This document shows positions 1 to 9,523 of a stretch of 64,000 nucleotides of DNA, piece after piece. Source of the stretch: Spirochaetia bacterium. GTDB taxonomy: Bacteria > Spirochaetota > Spirochaetia > DSM-27196 > Salinispiraceae. A program made the position numbers and the translations under genes. The stretch spans positions 416,001 through 480,000 of the forward strand of contig JBBRCZ010000001.1 of assembly GCA_038204425.1 (NCBI GenBank), read 5' to 3'. The stretch's first letter is position 1. The number at the start of each line of letters is the position of its first letter. The notes below the pieces were generated by a model, which was given only the letters and a program-made list of their open reading frames with translations, was not told the DNA's origin and ran no database searches.

Positions 1-1083
1 GCGAAGAATCTCAACATGTTGCAGTTCACTTGCACCGACAAACTCGCGTTCAGAAACAAACTCAGATTCCTGTGCTCGGTAGCCGTGAAATGCTAAAGTT
101 AAGCACTCTTCTGCCAAAGCATTGATGTTCTCAAAGGTAAAGTTGGACGGACCGCTGCGCGAGTGCATCAACATGGACTTGACGATATGGTCACCGCGCT
201 TACCATGAGTGCTAATGTCTTTCATATTTTGGCTAAGCTCACCTAGCAAATAGTCAACATCTTCGCGGTCCTCTTCAGCCATGTCGCCTTTTACCTTTTC
301 AAAATGAACCTTAAGTTCTTCCATAAGTTCCAAAGATGACTCAGCAAAGTTGGTAATAAAATTGAGTGGATTTTTTATCTCATGGGCAATACCTGCGGTC
401 AACGCCCCCAGAGATGCAAGTTTCTCTTGCGAAATGATCTTCTTTTGCGCTACACGCAAGTCACGTAGGGCAAACTCAGCATTCTCTTTTAGAATCTTCA
501 TTTCGTTACGCTGCACCTTTAGATTGGTGTAGGCTTCTTTAATGTTGGTTAGTAGCTTTTCTAAGGATCCACGATGATAGAACACTACCAGACTAAATCC
601 AATAGTGACTACAATCATCAAAGGGCTAAAGTTGCCGTAAGATTCTTCATGCGGGCGTATTAGAGCAAATAACAAAAGTGTGGCAAGTAAAAAACCCATC
701 ACTAGACTTGCAAAACGGTTTATAATAAAGCCTGCTGCGCCAACCAAGACTAAGATTGACATCGTGCCAAACAAAATGTCGTTGGTTAGGTCCGGTCTTT
801 GGTCCAATATCGCCTGCGTAATTTCTGCCATAAAATTAAACGCACTTGCATAGATAATGAGGCCCAAACTTAAGTTGGCACTCATCTTTTTGGCAAGTTT
901 TAACAATATGCAGACTATCATAAAGACTATTTGAACAGTGTTTACAATAAGTGACATGGGATCGTCAAGGTCACCACTTAGGAAACCAACTACAAGTCCC
1001 GTAAGAATAAATAAACTAGCAAGATAATACAGGATTGGACTTACATCAGATTCATGTTCAATCCGACTGAGGTTCGATTGCAT
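1..1083 (-). CDS. Membrane-bound sensor histidine kinase (3' end runs off the window)
   Basis: Not in the ORF track because it is truncated. Manual translation from ATG 1083 (GGGAG RBS upstream) gives several hydrophobic TM segments, a coiled coil, then the H-box QEKLASLGALTAGIAHEIKNPLNF. Confidence 0.88.
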   Translation of the reverse strand, partial: MQSNLSRIEHESDVSPILYYLASLFILTGLVVGFLSGDLDDPMSLIVNTVQIVFMIVCILLKLAKKMSANLSLGLIIYASAFNFMAEITQAILDQRPDLTNDILFGTMSILVLVGAAGFIINRFASLVMGFLLATLLLFALIRPHEESYGNFSPLMIVVTIGFSLVVFYHRGSLEKLLTNIKEAYTNLKVQRNEMKILKENAEFALRDLRVAQKKIISQEKLASLGALTAGIAHEIKNPLNFITNFAESSLELMEELKVHFEKVKGDMAEEDREDVDYLLGELSQNMKDISTHGKRGDHIVKSMLMHSRSGPSNFTFENINALAEECLTLAFHGYRAQESEFVSEREFVGASELQHVEILR

Positions 1084-1190
1084 CACAAAAACTCCCTTGT
1101 AAAAGCTAAAGTATAAGCCATGAAGTAAAAAAAACTATAGCTGTTGAATAGGATTAGTTAACAAAAAATTGTGCTCATTGGACTATAGAT

Positions 1191-1222
1191 AAAAAGGGAG
1201 CTCAGAAGTATTCCTCGCCCCC
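1191..1222 (-). terminator. Putative intrinsic terminator of the pot operon
   Basis: Minus strand GGGGGC...GCTCCC imperfect stem followed by TTTTT, just after the potD stop. Confidence 0.5.
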
Positions 1223-1249
1223 AAAAGTCACTCTTCTATATATGTCTAA

Positions 1250-2335
1250 CTACTGTCCGATCTTAATCTCATCTTCCCAAGCTTTGGTGTAGAGGTCCAG
1301 CGCGGATCCAAGTGCCTTGCGAAACTCAAAACTTGAGATGTCTTCGGCGGCATAGAACGGTTTTGATTGGCGCAACGGCGCAGCTTTGGCCGAAACACCC
1401 GGGTAGCCGTAAAGGTCTGCAATTTTGGCCAAGTTCTCAGGACGGTAGATAAAATTGATAAACTTATAGGCATTTTCTACATTCTTAGCATCTTTGAGAA
1501 TGACCATATTGTCCAAGTAGCGAGCGTTTCCGTCTTTGAGTAAAAAGAATCCTACGCCTTGTCGTTTGTCAGCTTCCATTTCAGATAGCACATTTTCGGG
1601 ATAACCCAATGCCACCCAAACGTCTTTGTTGCCAAACAAAGTAGGCATTTGTGAAATGTCAAACTTGAGCGCGATTTCTTTCCACTTCAGGATCAACTTT
1701 GTTGCAGCTGCAATTTCTTTAGGTGCAACCGTGTTTACACTAAAGCCAAGTGAGCGCAATGCGGCAGAAAAAACCTCGCGCGTATCGTCCAAAATGAGCG
1801 TCTTACCCTTGAGTTCTGGGCGAGAGAGAATCTCTACGGAATTGCCTGGATTGGCTACTTTTTCTTTCCAGTACATAATTCCGATAGAGCCGATGTTATA
1901 TGGCACCGAATATTGGTTGCCAGGATCAAAGCTTTGGGTCGCCTCAACCACCCATGTGTCAATATTGCTTAGATTGGGCAGTTTGGATAGATCAAGTTTC
2001 TGAACCAGCCCTTCTTGAACCAAAGCCGGCACAAAGTCTTGAGTAGGAAAGGCAATATCATAGCTCGAACCAGCGGTAATCTTAGTGATCATAGTTTCGT
2101 TTGAATCATATTCTTCGTAGTTTACTGCGATCCCCGTTTCCTTAGTAAAGGCTTCCAGAACTTCTTCTGGCATGTAGGCTTCCCAATTAAAAACGTTGAG
2201 CTCAGTACTTGCGCCAACCTTAGATCCATCACCACCTGATTGTGATTGCTCTGAGCCAGTTTTCTGGCACGACACCAAAAGACTCATCAAAAGTGCAACT
2301 ATGGCTGTCAAAGCCACAACGGATTTCTTCATCAT
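1250..2335 (-). CDS. potD: Spermidine/putrescine ABC transporter substrate-binding lipoprotein
   Basis: Lipobox LLVSC; LNVFNWEAYM, YDSNE and DNMVILKDAKN motifs; last gene of potABCD. Confidence 0.9.
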   Translation of the reverse strand: MMKKSVVALTAIVALLMSLLVSCQKTGSEQSQSGGDGSKVGASTELNVFNWEAYMPEEVLEAFTKETGIAVNYEEYDSNETMITKITAGSSYDIAFPTQDFVPALVQEGLVQKLDLSKLPNLSNIDTWVVEATQSFDPGNQYSVPYNIGSIGIMYWKEKVANPGNSVEILSRPELKGKTLILDDTREVFSAALRSLGFSVNTVAPKEIAAATKLILKWKEIALKFDISQMPTLFGNKDVWVALGYPENVLSEMEADKRQGVGFFLLKDGNARYLDNMVILKDAKNVENAYKFINFIYRPENLAKIADLYGYPGVSAKAAPLRQSKPFYAAEDISSFEFRKALGSALDLYTKAWEDEIKIGQ

Positions 2336-2412
2336 ACTCCTCCTGTGTTTCTGCGGGCGCCTTTATACCAAGGCAGCCTTGTCGCATCTTGGCTTGTGAT
2401 TTTTTTTAACTA

Positions 2413-3204
2413 TCATGTTCCTTTAACAAAATACTTCATCAGGTTACGTACCGAAAAAACCAAAACCACAGTAGCAATAACCAATAATACTGAAAGCGCA
2501 CTAATCTCCATAGGTATAGTTTTTTTAACCATTTTGTAAATATACAGCGGAAGCGTTTCAGAGTTTGGGCCTCTCACAAATTGGGTTACCACAAAGTCTT
2601 CTAAAGAGAGCGTTACTGCCATCAAAAAGCCCGAAAAGATACCAGGACTGGCTATTGGCAATATAACGCGTAGCAACACCTGATGTTCCTTGGCCCCTAA
2701 GTCACGCGCCGCTTCAAGCACGGAATCATCAAACTCAGACAAACGTGCGCCAACCATCAACATTACAAAGGGTAAGGTAAAACTAATATGTGCTATAAGT
2801 ATTGAGAACATTCCCAGTTCCAGTCTGATAATTGATGCAAAAAAGATGAGCACACTCACCCCTATGATTATTTCTGGTAAAACAACCGGAACAAAACTCA
2901 AGGCTTGCACATAGCGCTTCCATGGGAACTTGTACCAATGGATAGCTACGGCACCCAATGTTCCAATTATTGTCGCTATTGAGGCGGAACTCAAGGCAAT
3001 AATGACGCTGTTGGCAACAGAATTCCATAGAGATTTTGACTCTCGGCTAGCAGAGAACAGGGCTTCATACCAACGAGTAGAAAACCCCGTAAAAGTAAAA
3101 CCCGGACTTGCGTTAAACGAGTAAAAGGCAAGAACGACCAGTGGAAAAAAAAGAAAGCTGATGGTTAACCAGTAGGCAGCTTTAGAAAATCCAAGCTTCT
3201 TCAT
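2413..3204 (-). CDS. potC: Polyamine ABC transporter permease
   Basis: YSFN, EAARDLGA (EAA loop), LSLEDF motifs; operon context. Confidence 0.9.
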   Translation of the reverse strand: MKKLGFSKAAYWLTISFLFFPLVVLAFYSFNASPGFTFTGFSTRWYEALFSASRESKSLWNSVANSVIIALSSASIATIIGTLGAVAIHWYKFPWKRYVQALSFVPVVLPEIIIGVSVLIFFASIIRLELGMFSILIAHISFTLPFVMLMVGARLSEFDDSVLEAARDLGAKEHQVLLRVILPIASPGIFSGFLMAVTLSLEDFVVTQFVRGPNSETLPLYIYKMVKKTIPMEISALSVLLVIATVVLVFSVRNLMKYFVKGT

Positions 3205-4055
3205 TTAACTTCCTCCTCGACCAATGTCTTTTGTTGAGATCTATTGAGCAAAAAGTAAACCATCAAACCTAAACTCGTGATAAGCGTCAAAACAACTGCA
3301 ATTGCCGAAGCACGTGGCCAGTTGTTGGCTTTGCCAATGTAGTACGCGATTGAGTTGCCGAGCATGTAGCCATCTTTTCCACCGACTAAATCCGAAATTG
3401 CGTACGAACCTAAAATTGGTATAAAGGTAAATAAAATGGCCGTAATTATGCCACCTCTAATGTTGGGCAAAAGAATCTTCTTGAGACTGGTTAAATGATC
3501 AGCTCCCAAGTCTCTAGCGGCCTCCAAGAGGCCAAAGTCAAACTTTTCTATGGTTGCGTAGAGTGGCAAAATAGCAAATGGCAGGTAAGTATATACATGG
3601 ACAATAATCACAGCCCCAATATTAAACAAAAACTGAATGGGTTCTTGAGTCAACCCAGTCCAACGGAGCAAATCATTGACAAAGCCCTCTCGTCCCAAGA
3701 CAGCCATCCAGGCAAAGACTCTAATTAAAAAATTTACCCAAAACGGAATAATTACCAATACCAAAAGGGTAAGGTTGTTTTTAGTTCGGGCAATGTAATA
3801 CGAAGCTGGCAAGGCGACAAGTATAGTCAAAACCGTAGACACAAGCGCGATGAGAAGCGTGATTCCAACTGTTTTCAAAAATGCAGGGTTACCAAGCGCC
3901 GCAAATCCGTCTAGCGAAAGTTCCGCTTTGACACCGCCAAAGTTGCCGCGACTAAGTACGGAATAGAGAAGTACCATGCCGATCGGTATCAAGAAAAAAA
4001 GTGTTACCCAAGCAAAAAGTGGCAATGAATACCAAACACCGGCTTGTTTTTTCAT
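3201..4055 (-). CDS. potB: Polyamine ABC transporter permease
   Basis: IIPFWVNFLIR, YLPFAILPLY, EAARDLGA motifs. Confidence 0.9.
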   Translation of the reverse strand: MKKQAGVWYSLPLFAWVTLFFLIPIGMVLLYSVLSRGNFGGVKAELSLDGFAALGNPAFLKTVGITLLIALVSTVLTILVALPASYYIARTKNNLTLLVLVIIPFWVNFLIRVFAWMAVLGREGFVNDLLRWTGLTQEPIQFLFNIGAVIIVHVYTYLPFAILPLYATIEKFDFGLLEAARDLGADHLTSLKKILLPNIRGGIITAILFTFIPILGSYAISDLVGGKDGYMLGNSIAYYIGKANNWPRASAIAVVLTLITSLGLMVYFLLNRSQQKTLVEEEVK

Positions 4056-5179
4056 TAAACTAGTTTCTCCACGACGTAGCCATCATCGGGATTCCACCAT
4101 AAATAAACCTTTTCATTCCATTTGATCTCATGACCTACTTCGAGATATTGAACATGTTGTTTGAAGATCTTAAACCTAAAGCCATTGTCCAAGTCGACAT
4201 AAATACGACTCTGGAAGCCAGAATAAATAACCTCAAATACAATACCATTGATGACATTGTCTGCGCTTTCGTTTGGTTTTGTAGTTTGGATTCTTATTTT
4301 TTCTGGTCGGATGGTGTGGCGTACCTTGTCACCAACAACAAAAGGTCCTTGTCGGTGTCCTGAGTCAACCGTCACCTTAATTGGACCAAGCTTGTCACTT
4401 TCTATGGTAATCATGCGACCATCGACAGCGTTTACCTTACCTTCCATAAAGTTGGTTTCACCAATAAAACTTGCTACAAAAGAATCAGCAGGACTCTCAT
4501 AAATTTCTATCGGACTTCCGATCTGCAGCACCTTACCTTGACTCATAACTGCCACTCGATCCGAAACTGAAAGTGCTTCCGACTGGTCGTGGGTTACGTA
4601 GACAAAGGTGATACCAACTTGGTCGTGGATCAAGTCTAGATCCATCAAAAGCTGGTGTCGCAATTTAGCATCTAACGCGGAAAGTGGCTCATCAAGTAAA
4701 AGTACTTTGGGTTCACTTATGAGGGCCCGGGCAATTGAAACCCTTTGTCTTTGACCACCCGACATTTGATGCGGTTTTTTGTTCTCCTGCCCTCGTAACT
4801 GGACCAAATCCAAATAGTCAAAAACTCTCTTTTTGATTTCTTTTGCTGCGACTTTTTTGAGGCGTAAGGGGAAAGCTATGTTTTCGAATACGCTGAGGTG
4901 AGGAAAAAGAGCATAGTTTTGAAAAACTGTGTTAACTGGTCGTTCGTTGGCAGCCAAGGGCAGAATATCGTTGCCATCCAAGGTGACAATACCTTGTTCT
5001 GGTTGTTCAAAGCCAGCGAGAATTCGAAGCAAGGTGGTTTTGCCACAGCCAGAAGGTCCAAGTAGTGAAAAGAACTCACCCTTTTTAATAGTGAGACTGA
5101 CGTCCTTCAAAACCTGCGTGTCGGCGAAGGATTTACTGACACCTTCAATACGAATTTCACTGCCTATCAATTTGCCCAC
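4055..5179 (-). CDS. potA: Polyamine ABC transporter ATP-binding protein
   Basis: Walker A GPSGCGKT, RPVNTVFQNYALFPH, signature SGGQRQR, LLLDEPLSALD, C-terminal TOBE-like region. Confidence 0.92.
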   Translation of the reverse strand: MGKLIGSEIRIEGVSKSFADTQVLKDVSLTIKKGEFFSLLGPSGCGKTTLLRILAGFEQPEQGIVTLDGNDILPLAANERPVNTVFQNYALFPHLSVFENIAFPLRLKKVAAKEIKKRVFDYLDLVQLRGQENKKPHQMSGGQRQRVSIARALISEPKVLLLDEPLSALDAKLRHQLLMDLDLIHDQVGITFVYVTHDQSEALSVSDRVAVMSQGKVLQIGSPIEIYESPADSFVASFIGETNFMEGKVNAVDGRMITIESDKLGPIKVTVDSGHRQGPFVVGDKVRHTIRPEKIRIQTTKPNESADNVINGIVFEVIYSGFQSRIYVDLDNGFRFKIFKQHVQYLEVGHEIKWNEKVYLWWNPDDGYVVEKLV

Positions 5180-5297
5180 CTAGGTCCATAGTAGAGCCCT
5201 TGGAAAAGACTCAATACCGCATTATTTGCTTGTTTGGCATTGGCTTGTCAATCGTGAAGACCTTGTTTTTTTCAAAGCTTTTGTATTAATTGATAGC

Positions 5298-5876
5298 ATG
5301 AATTTTAACGACCTTGGCGCAGACAATAAAATAGGCCTCAAAATTGTATCCAGTAAAGAGTGTTGGCACGATACGTGGCTTTCGGTCAAACAAAGTGCCT
5401 TTTTGGATCGTGATGGAGAGCCCCAGACCTGGTCATATGTCGAACGCCAAATGAACAGGCGAGCAGTTGTAATTATAGCCCGCACAAAGAATAAAGAAGA
5501 CTTGATCGCTATAAAGCAGTTTAGAATACCGGTGGCTTCTTGGGTTTATGAGTTTCCAGCCGGACTTGTTGATGCCAACGAAAGTCTCCAAGAAGCGGCC
5601 ATACGCGAGTTGGCAGAAGAAACGGGATATGAGGGCACGGTCGCAAAACTTGGCCCTATGGTGCTTACTTCGCCTGGCATGACCACAGAGCGATTTTCTT
5701 TGGTAGAAATGAATGCAGAGGAAGTTCCATCTGCACACGCTCAAGAGGCCGCCGAGGCAATTGAGCTAGTTCTTATTAAAAAAGGAAGCGAGAAAGAATT
5801 TATCGCTCAAGCCGAGCGAGATAACATAGAACTTGATTCAAAACTCTACGTTTACTTGGCCACAATTTCTTCGTAG
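5298..5876 (+). CDS. NUDIX hydrolase, ADP-ribose pyrophosphatase-like
   Basis: QFRIP, EFPAGLVD...AAIRELAEETGY Nudix box, SPG. ATG 5298 preferred over TTG 5226. Confidence 0.85.
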   Translation: MNFNDLGADNKIGLKIVSSKECWHDTWLSVKQSAFLDRDGEPQTWSYVERQMNRRAVVIIARTKNKEDLIAIKQFRIPVASWVYEFPAGLVDANESLQEAAIRELAEETGYEGTVAKLGPMVLTSPGMTTERFSLVEMNAEEVPSAHAQEAAEAIELVLIKKGSEKEFIAQAERDNIELDSKLYVYLATISS

Positions 5877-6766
5877 CTAAAACTATAGCTCGTGTTGCAA
5901 TTATGGCAGGTTACGTGTACGGCGAGCGGATCGTGTTCTTTGAGTGCTTCAAGTTCTTCCTTGTCCAGCGTTGCCAAGTAATTGCCAAAGGCTTGACGTT
6001 CGCATCGGCAAAAGAACTCTAGCGGAGCACTGCCGACAATTTTTGGTTCGAAGGCTGCAAACAATTCATGCATCATCGCGGCCCCTGTTTTTTTTTCTGA
6101 AAACGACTTCGCTATGCTTGGAATCTCCAAGAGCCAGGTGTCGAGATCTTCCAGAATGCCTTCACGGGCGCCGGGCATGGCTTGGAGCAGGATGCCCCCT
6201 GCACTTTTAATGGTCCCGTCACTGGCAAAAAGTATACTCAGACTCAAAGCACTGGGGGTTTGTTCAGATTTTAAGTAATAATTGGCGATATCATGAGCAA
6301 TAGAAGAGTACTCAAGTTCGATAGTTCCAGAAATTGGTTCGGCATAGTTTGCCAAATAACGGGTTACTGTCAGGAGACCTTTGCCTATGAAGGGTTTTAG
6401 GTCAAAGCTTTCTGGATCATTCTCGAGGACCAGCTTGTCTACTTTTAAGTATCCTCTTATCTCACCATTTGATCGAGCTTCCACTGAAAAACCTTTGAGT
6501 CCGCCTTCACATTCCATGCTGATGTTCAATCTATCGTCATCTTTTAGATTGGTGGCACTAAGTGCAACGCCCATGTAGGCGTAACCCAAGGCCAGCGATT
6601 CAAGCGGGCCCGTTTGGTGATTAGTCTGCATATGATTGAGTAAGCGACTTGCATGTACTATGACCGCCCTAACCGTTCCTTCTTCCAAGAGAAAAATATC
6701 AATGCCGTCGTCAGAAAGAGTTTGTAAATGTGATTCAATAGACTCAGAAAGCTCTTTTTTAATCAT
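5852..6766 (-). CDS. hslO: Hsp33 redox-regulated chaperone
   Basis: GEIRGY, YYLKSEQTPS, AGGILLQAMP, and the zinc motif CRC...CHNC. Confidence 0.92.
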   Translation of the reverse strand: MIKKELSESIESHLQTLSDDGIDIFLLEEGTVRAVIVHASRLLNHMQTNHQTGPLESLALGYAYMGVALSATNLKDDDRLNISMECEGGLKGFSVEARSNGEIRGYLKVDKLVLENDPESFDLKPFIGKGLLTVTRYLANYAEPISGTIELEYSSIAHDIANYYLKSEQTPSALSLSILFASDGTIKSAGGILLQAMPGAREGILEDLDTWLLEIPSIAKSFSEKKTGAAMMHELFAAFEPKIVGSAPLEFFCRCERQAFGNYLATLDKEELEALKEHDPLAVHVTCHNCNTSYSFSYEEIVAK

Positions 6767-6798
6767 ACCGTAATGTTCTCACGAGACTACAAAGAAGG

Positions 6799-7527
6799 TC
6801 AACGACGGCTTTTACGTAGTTGACTTAGACTTGCTCTGAGATCTTTTGGATAAGGTGCTTCAAAGCTGAGAGCTTGTTGATCTGCAACAGGGTTAATGAC
6901 GAGAGAAAAGGCATGCAGAGCACAACGATTAATTAGCGGTCGTTCTTCAAACTTGTCGCCTTTCCATGAGGAGTTTATCTTCGATGCTAGCAAAGGCGTT
7001 CCTCCATAAAGACTGTCAGCAACAACGGGGTATCCAATAAAGGCCGCATGTGCTCTAATTTGATGGGTTCTTCCTGTGTGCAAGCGAGCCTCCACCAAAC
7101 AATGGCGGGAGTATTTTTCTAATACTTTAAAACTTGTCCAACACGGCTTACCGTGCTTACCTGGCACACTACGATGAAGGCGATCGCCGTCAATCAAAAG
7201 TGCCTGGTGGCATTCAAATTCTTGCCAACTTGGGATACCGGTCACGATTGCATGATAGGTCTTTGTGCTGTGCTCAGCCTCTATCATGGTGTGCATAATT
7301 TGAGAGTGTTCAGGGTCTAGACCAAAAGCCACGATGCCAGTGGTTTCTTTATCTAGTCTGTGCAGATTGTAAATACTTGCATACTGTTTTTTCAAGAGTT
7401 CGACAAGATTGAGTGCTTGCGTATCGTAGCGCTCTGGTATAACTGTAATACCTGCTGGCTTATTTACTATGAGCAAATCTTGGTCTTTAAAAAGTATCTC
7501 TATTGTGGGGCTTGGCGCGTACGTCAA
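6799..7527 (-). CDS. RluA-family RNA pseudouridine synthase
   Basis: VNKPAG, HRLDKETTG (catalytic Asp), TGRTHQIRAH, ALHA motifs. Confidence 0.92.
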   Translation of the reverse strand: MTYAPSPTIEILFKDQDLLIVNKPAGITVIPERYDTQALNLVELLKKQYASIYNLHRLDKETTGIVAFGLDPEHSQIMHTMIEAEHSTKTYHAIVTGIPSWQEFECHQALLIDGDRLHRSVPGKHGKPCWTSFKVLEKYSRHCLVEARLHTGRTHQIRAHAAFIGYPVVADSLYGGTPLLASKINSSWKGDKFEERPLINRCALHAFSLVINPVADQQALSFEAPYPKDLRASLSQLRKSRR

Positions 7528-7548
7528 GTTTAGGTATTGGCCATCAGT

Positions 7549-8028
7549 TTAATGCTCTTCGCTGCCATCATGGACATGACCGTGATCGAGTTCAACAGCT
7601 GTTGCTTCCCTGACATCAAGAATACTTACCTTAACTTCAAGTTTTTCGTCACACAATGGGTGATTAGCATCAACAGTAAATTGGTCGCCCTCAATACCAA
7701 TAATGGTGCAAACCCGGCTCTCGTCAGCGACTTCTGCTTGAAATTCCAAGCCCTCATAGAGCTCTATACCATCTTCAAAATCTGATCGGGTAACCTTAAA
7801 AACCAAACTATCGTCATATTCTCCGTAAGCATCGGCTGGCAAAAAAACTCGTTCAAGTTTATCACCCTTTTTGAGACCTTCTAATGCTTTTTCTAGTCCT
7901 GGAAATAGAAAACCACTTCCTTGAATGTATGACAAAGCTCCATTTTCATCGGAACTGTCCAGAATTTCACCATCGACGGCCTTTAGTTCATATTCAATAG
8001 TTGCTACTCGATTTTTTTCTATCTTCAT
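7549..8028 (-). CDS. slyD: FKBP-type peptidyl-prolyl isomerase SlyD
   Basis: PGLEKALEG, AYGEYD, VDANHPL, VREAT..EL.HGHVH. Confidence 0.92.
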   Translation of the reverse strand: MKIEKNRVATIEYELKAVDGEILDSSDENGALSYIQGSGFLFPGLEKALEGLKKGDKLERVFLPADAYGEYDDSLVFKVTRSDFEDGIELYEGLEFQAEVADESRVCTIIGIEGDQFTVDANHPLCDEKLEVKVSILDVREATAVELDHGHVHDGSEEH

Positions 8029-8161
8029 TATTTTTCCTCGTAAGAAAATTTGGCCACGGGGTTCAAAAGCACACTTAAGAACGGTGACACAGGCTTAGTA
8101 TATATTGCAAGTCGATTTTGTTAAAGACTGAATTACTATTGAGAACCTAACTACAAGCATT

Positions 8162-9523
8162 TCAAAGGGGCAAATTGCTTGCCAAGATTTTCTGTATGGC
8201 TCCAAAAAAAACGGTTCTAAGTGTCTGCGTCCATAATTCTAAACGTGCACATTCTCTCAACAGTGGCTCAAAGTCAAGGTTTCCGGATGTTCCTGGGTAG
8301 CGACGATTGGCTATACTTTCGTCAGGGTCCCTCGTTGCAAGTTTGTCTAGGTTGCTGCCGACCTGACGATAGGCCTCTCTAAAGGGCATACCGGCTGCAA
8401 CCAAGAGCAATGCTTGGTCGGTGGCATAGATTTCTGGAACAAAGGCCTTACGCAATGCGTCGCCGTGTACCTCTAGTTCTGTAAAAGTCAGATTCATTAT
8501 CCTAACCATCATGTTGGCTACATGAAGGCCGCGCAAAATAGGTTCCTTACTATCTTGAAAATCTCTATTGTAGCCTGTCGGCAAACTTCTAACCAAAGAC
8601 TTAGCTTGACTGGCCCAACCAGACAACATGGCTGACCTACTTCTCAACAGTTCTAGTCCATCCGGATTCTTTTTTTGGGGCATAATACTGGAGCCCGAAC
8701 AAAGCTTATCTGGCAATGAAAAGTAACCAAACTCAGGCAAGCTAAAGAGGATCAAATCCTGAGCGTACTTTGACAACGTTAATCCATGTTGATCCAAGGC
8801 ATCCAGAACCACTGCTTCAATTTTGCCACGCGAATTTGATGCTGCCAGCACATTCTCAAAAACTTTAGAAAAAGCCAAAAGCTTAGCCGTGTAGCTTGGA
8901 TCAAGGTCCAAGGGCGCACCGTATCCTGCTGCCGAACCTAAGGGCGACTTATCTACCAGTTTTATGGCGCACTCCAATAAGGTAAAGTCATCACTCAGTT
9001 GTTCGGCTAAGGCGCCCGCCCACAGGCCAAGGCTTGATGGCATCGCAATCTGCATGTGCGTTCTGCCGGGCATGGGTACATTTTTATGTTTTTGTGCAAA
9101 GCTCAAAACTGTGCGGATCAATTGCAGGCAGCTTTGAGCGATATCTAGTAGGCGAGCTTTAGTGTAGAGCCGCAGGGTTACCAAAATTTGATCATTGCGG
9201 CTTCTTCCGGTGTGGATTCGCTTGCCTGCGTCACCGAGTTTCTCAACCAATCTGTTTTCGATAGCTGTATGACAGTCTTCATCGCTTCTTGAAATTGCGA
9301 ATTTTTCTTCACTCGCCTCTTGGGCTATATTCTGCAATTCTTTGCTTAGAAGTTCTTGCTCATCCGACTTAAGCAAACCCATTTTTTCTAGCTGACTCGC
9401 ATGAGCAATACTTGCTGCACAATCGCTGCGCACCAAGTCAAGATCCAAATGATAGTCAATTCCCACGGTAAACTCTTCTAAAAGCGCATCAATATCGTAG
9501 TCTTTTTGCCAGATTTTAGCCAA
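8162..9523 (-). CDS. argH: Argininosuccinate lyase
   Basis: HTGRSRNDQ, MPGRTHMQ, SGSSIMPQKKNPD signature, YNRDFQ. Confidence 0.95.
   Translation of the reverse strand: MAKIWQKDYDIDALLEEFTVGIDYHLDLDLVRSDCAASIAHASQLEKMGLLKSDEQELLSKELQNIAQEASEEKFAISRSDEDCHTAIENRLVEKLGDAGKRIHTGRSRNDQILVTLRLYTKARLLDIAQSCLQLIRTVLSFAQKHKNVPMPGRTHMQIAMPSSLGLWAGALAEQLSDDFTLLECAIKLVDKSPLGSAAGYGAPLDLDPSYTAKLLAFSKVFENVLAASNSRGKIEAVVLDALDQHGLTLSKYAQDLILFSLPEFGYFSLPDKLCSGSSIMPQKKNPDGLELLRSRSAMLSGWASQAKSLVRSLPTGYNRDFQDSKEPILRGLHVANMMVRIMNLTFTELEVHGDALRKAFVPEIYATDQALLLVAAGMPFREAYRQVGSNLDKLATRDPDESIANRRYPGTSGNLDFEPLLRECARLELWTQTLRTVFFGAIQKILASNLPL

Noticed and set aside
350..532. 60-aa plus-strand ORF
   Set aside because: Antisense to the histidine kinase H-box region.
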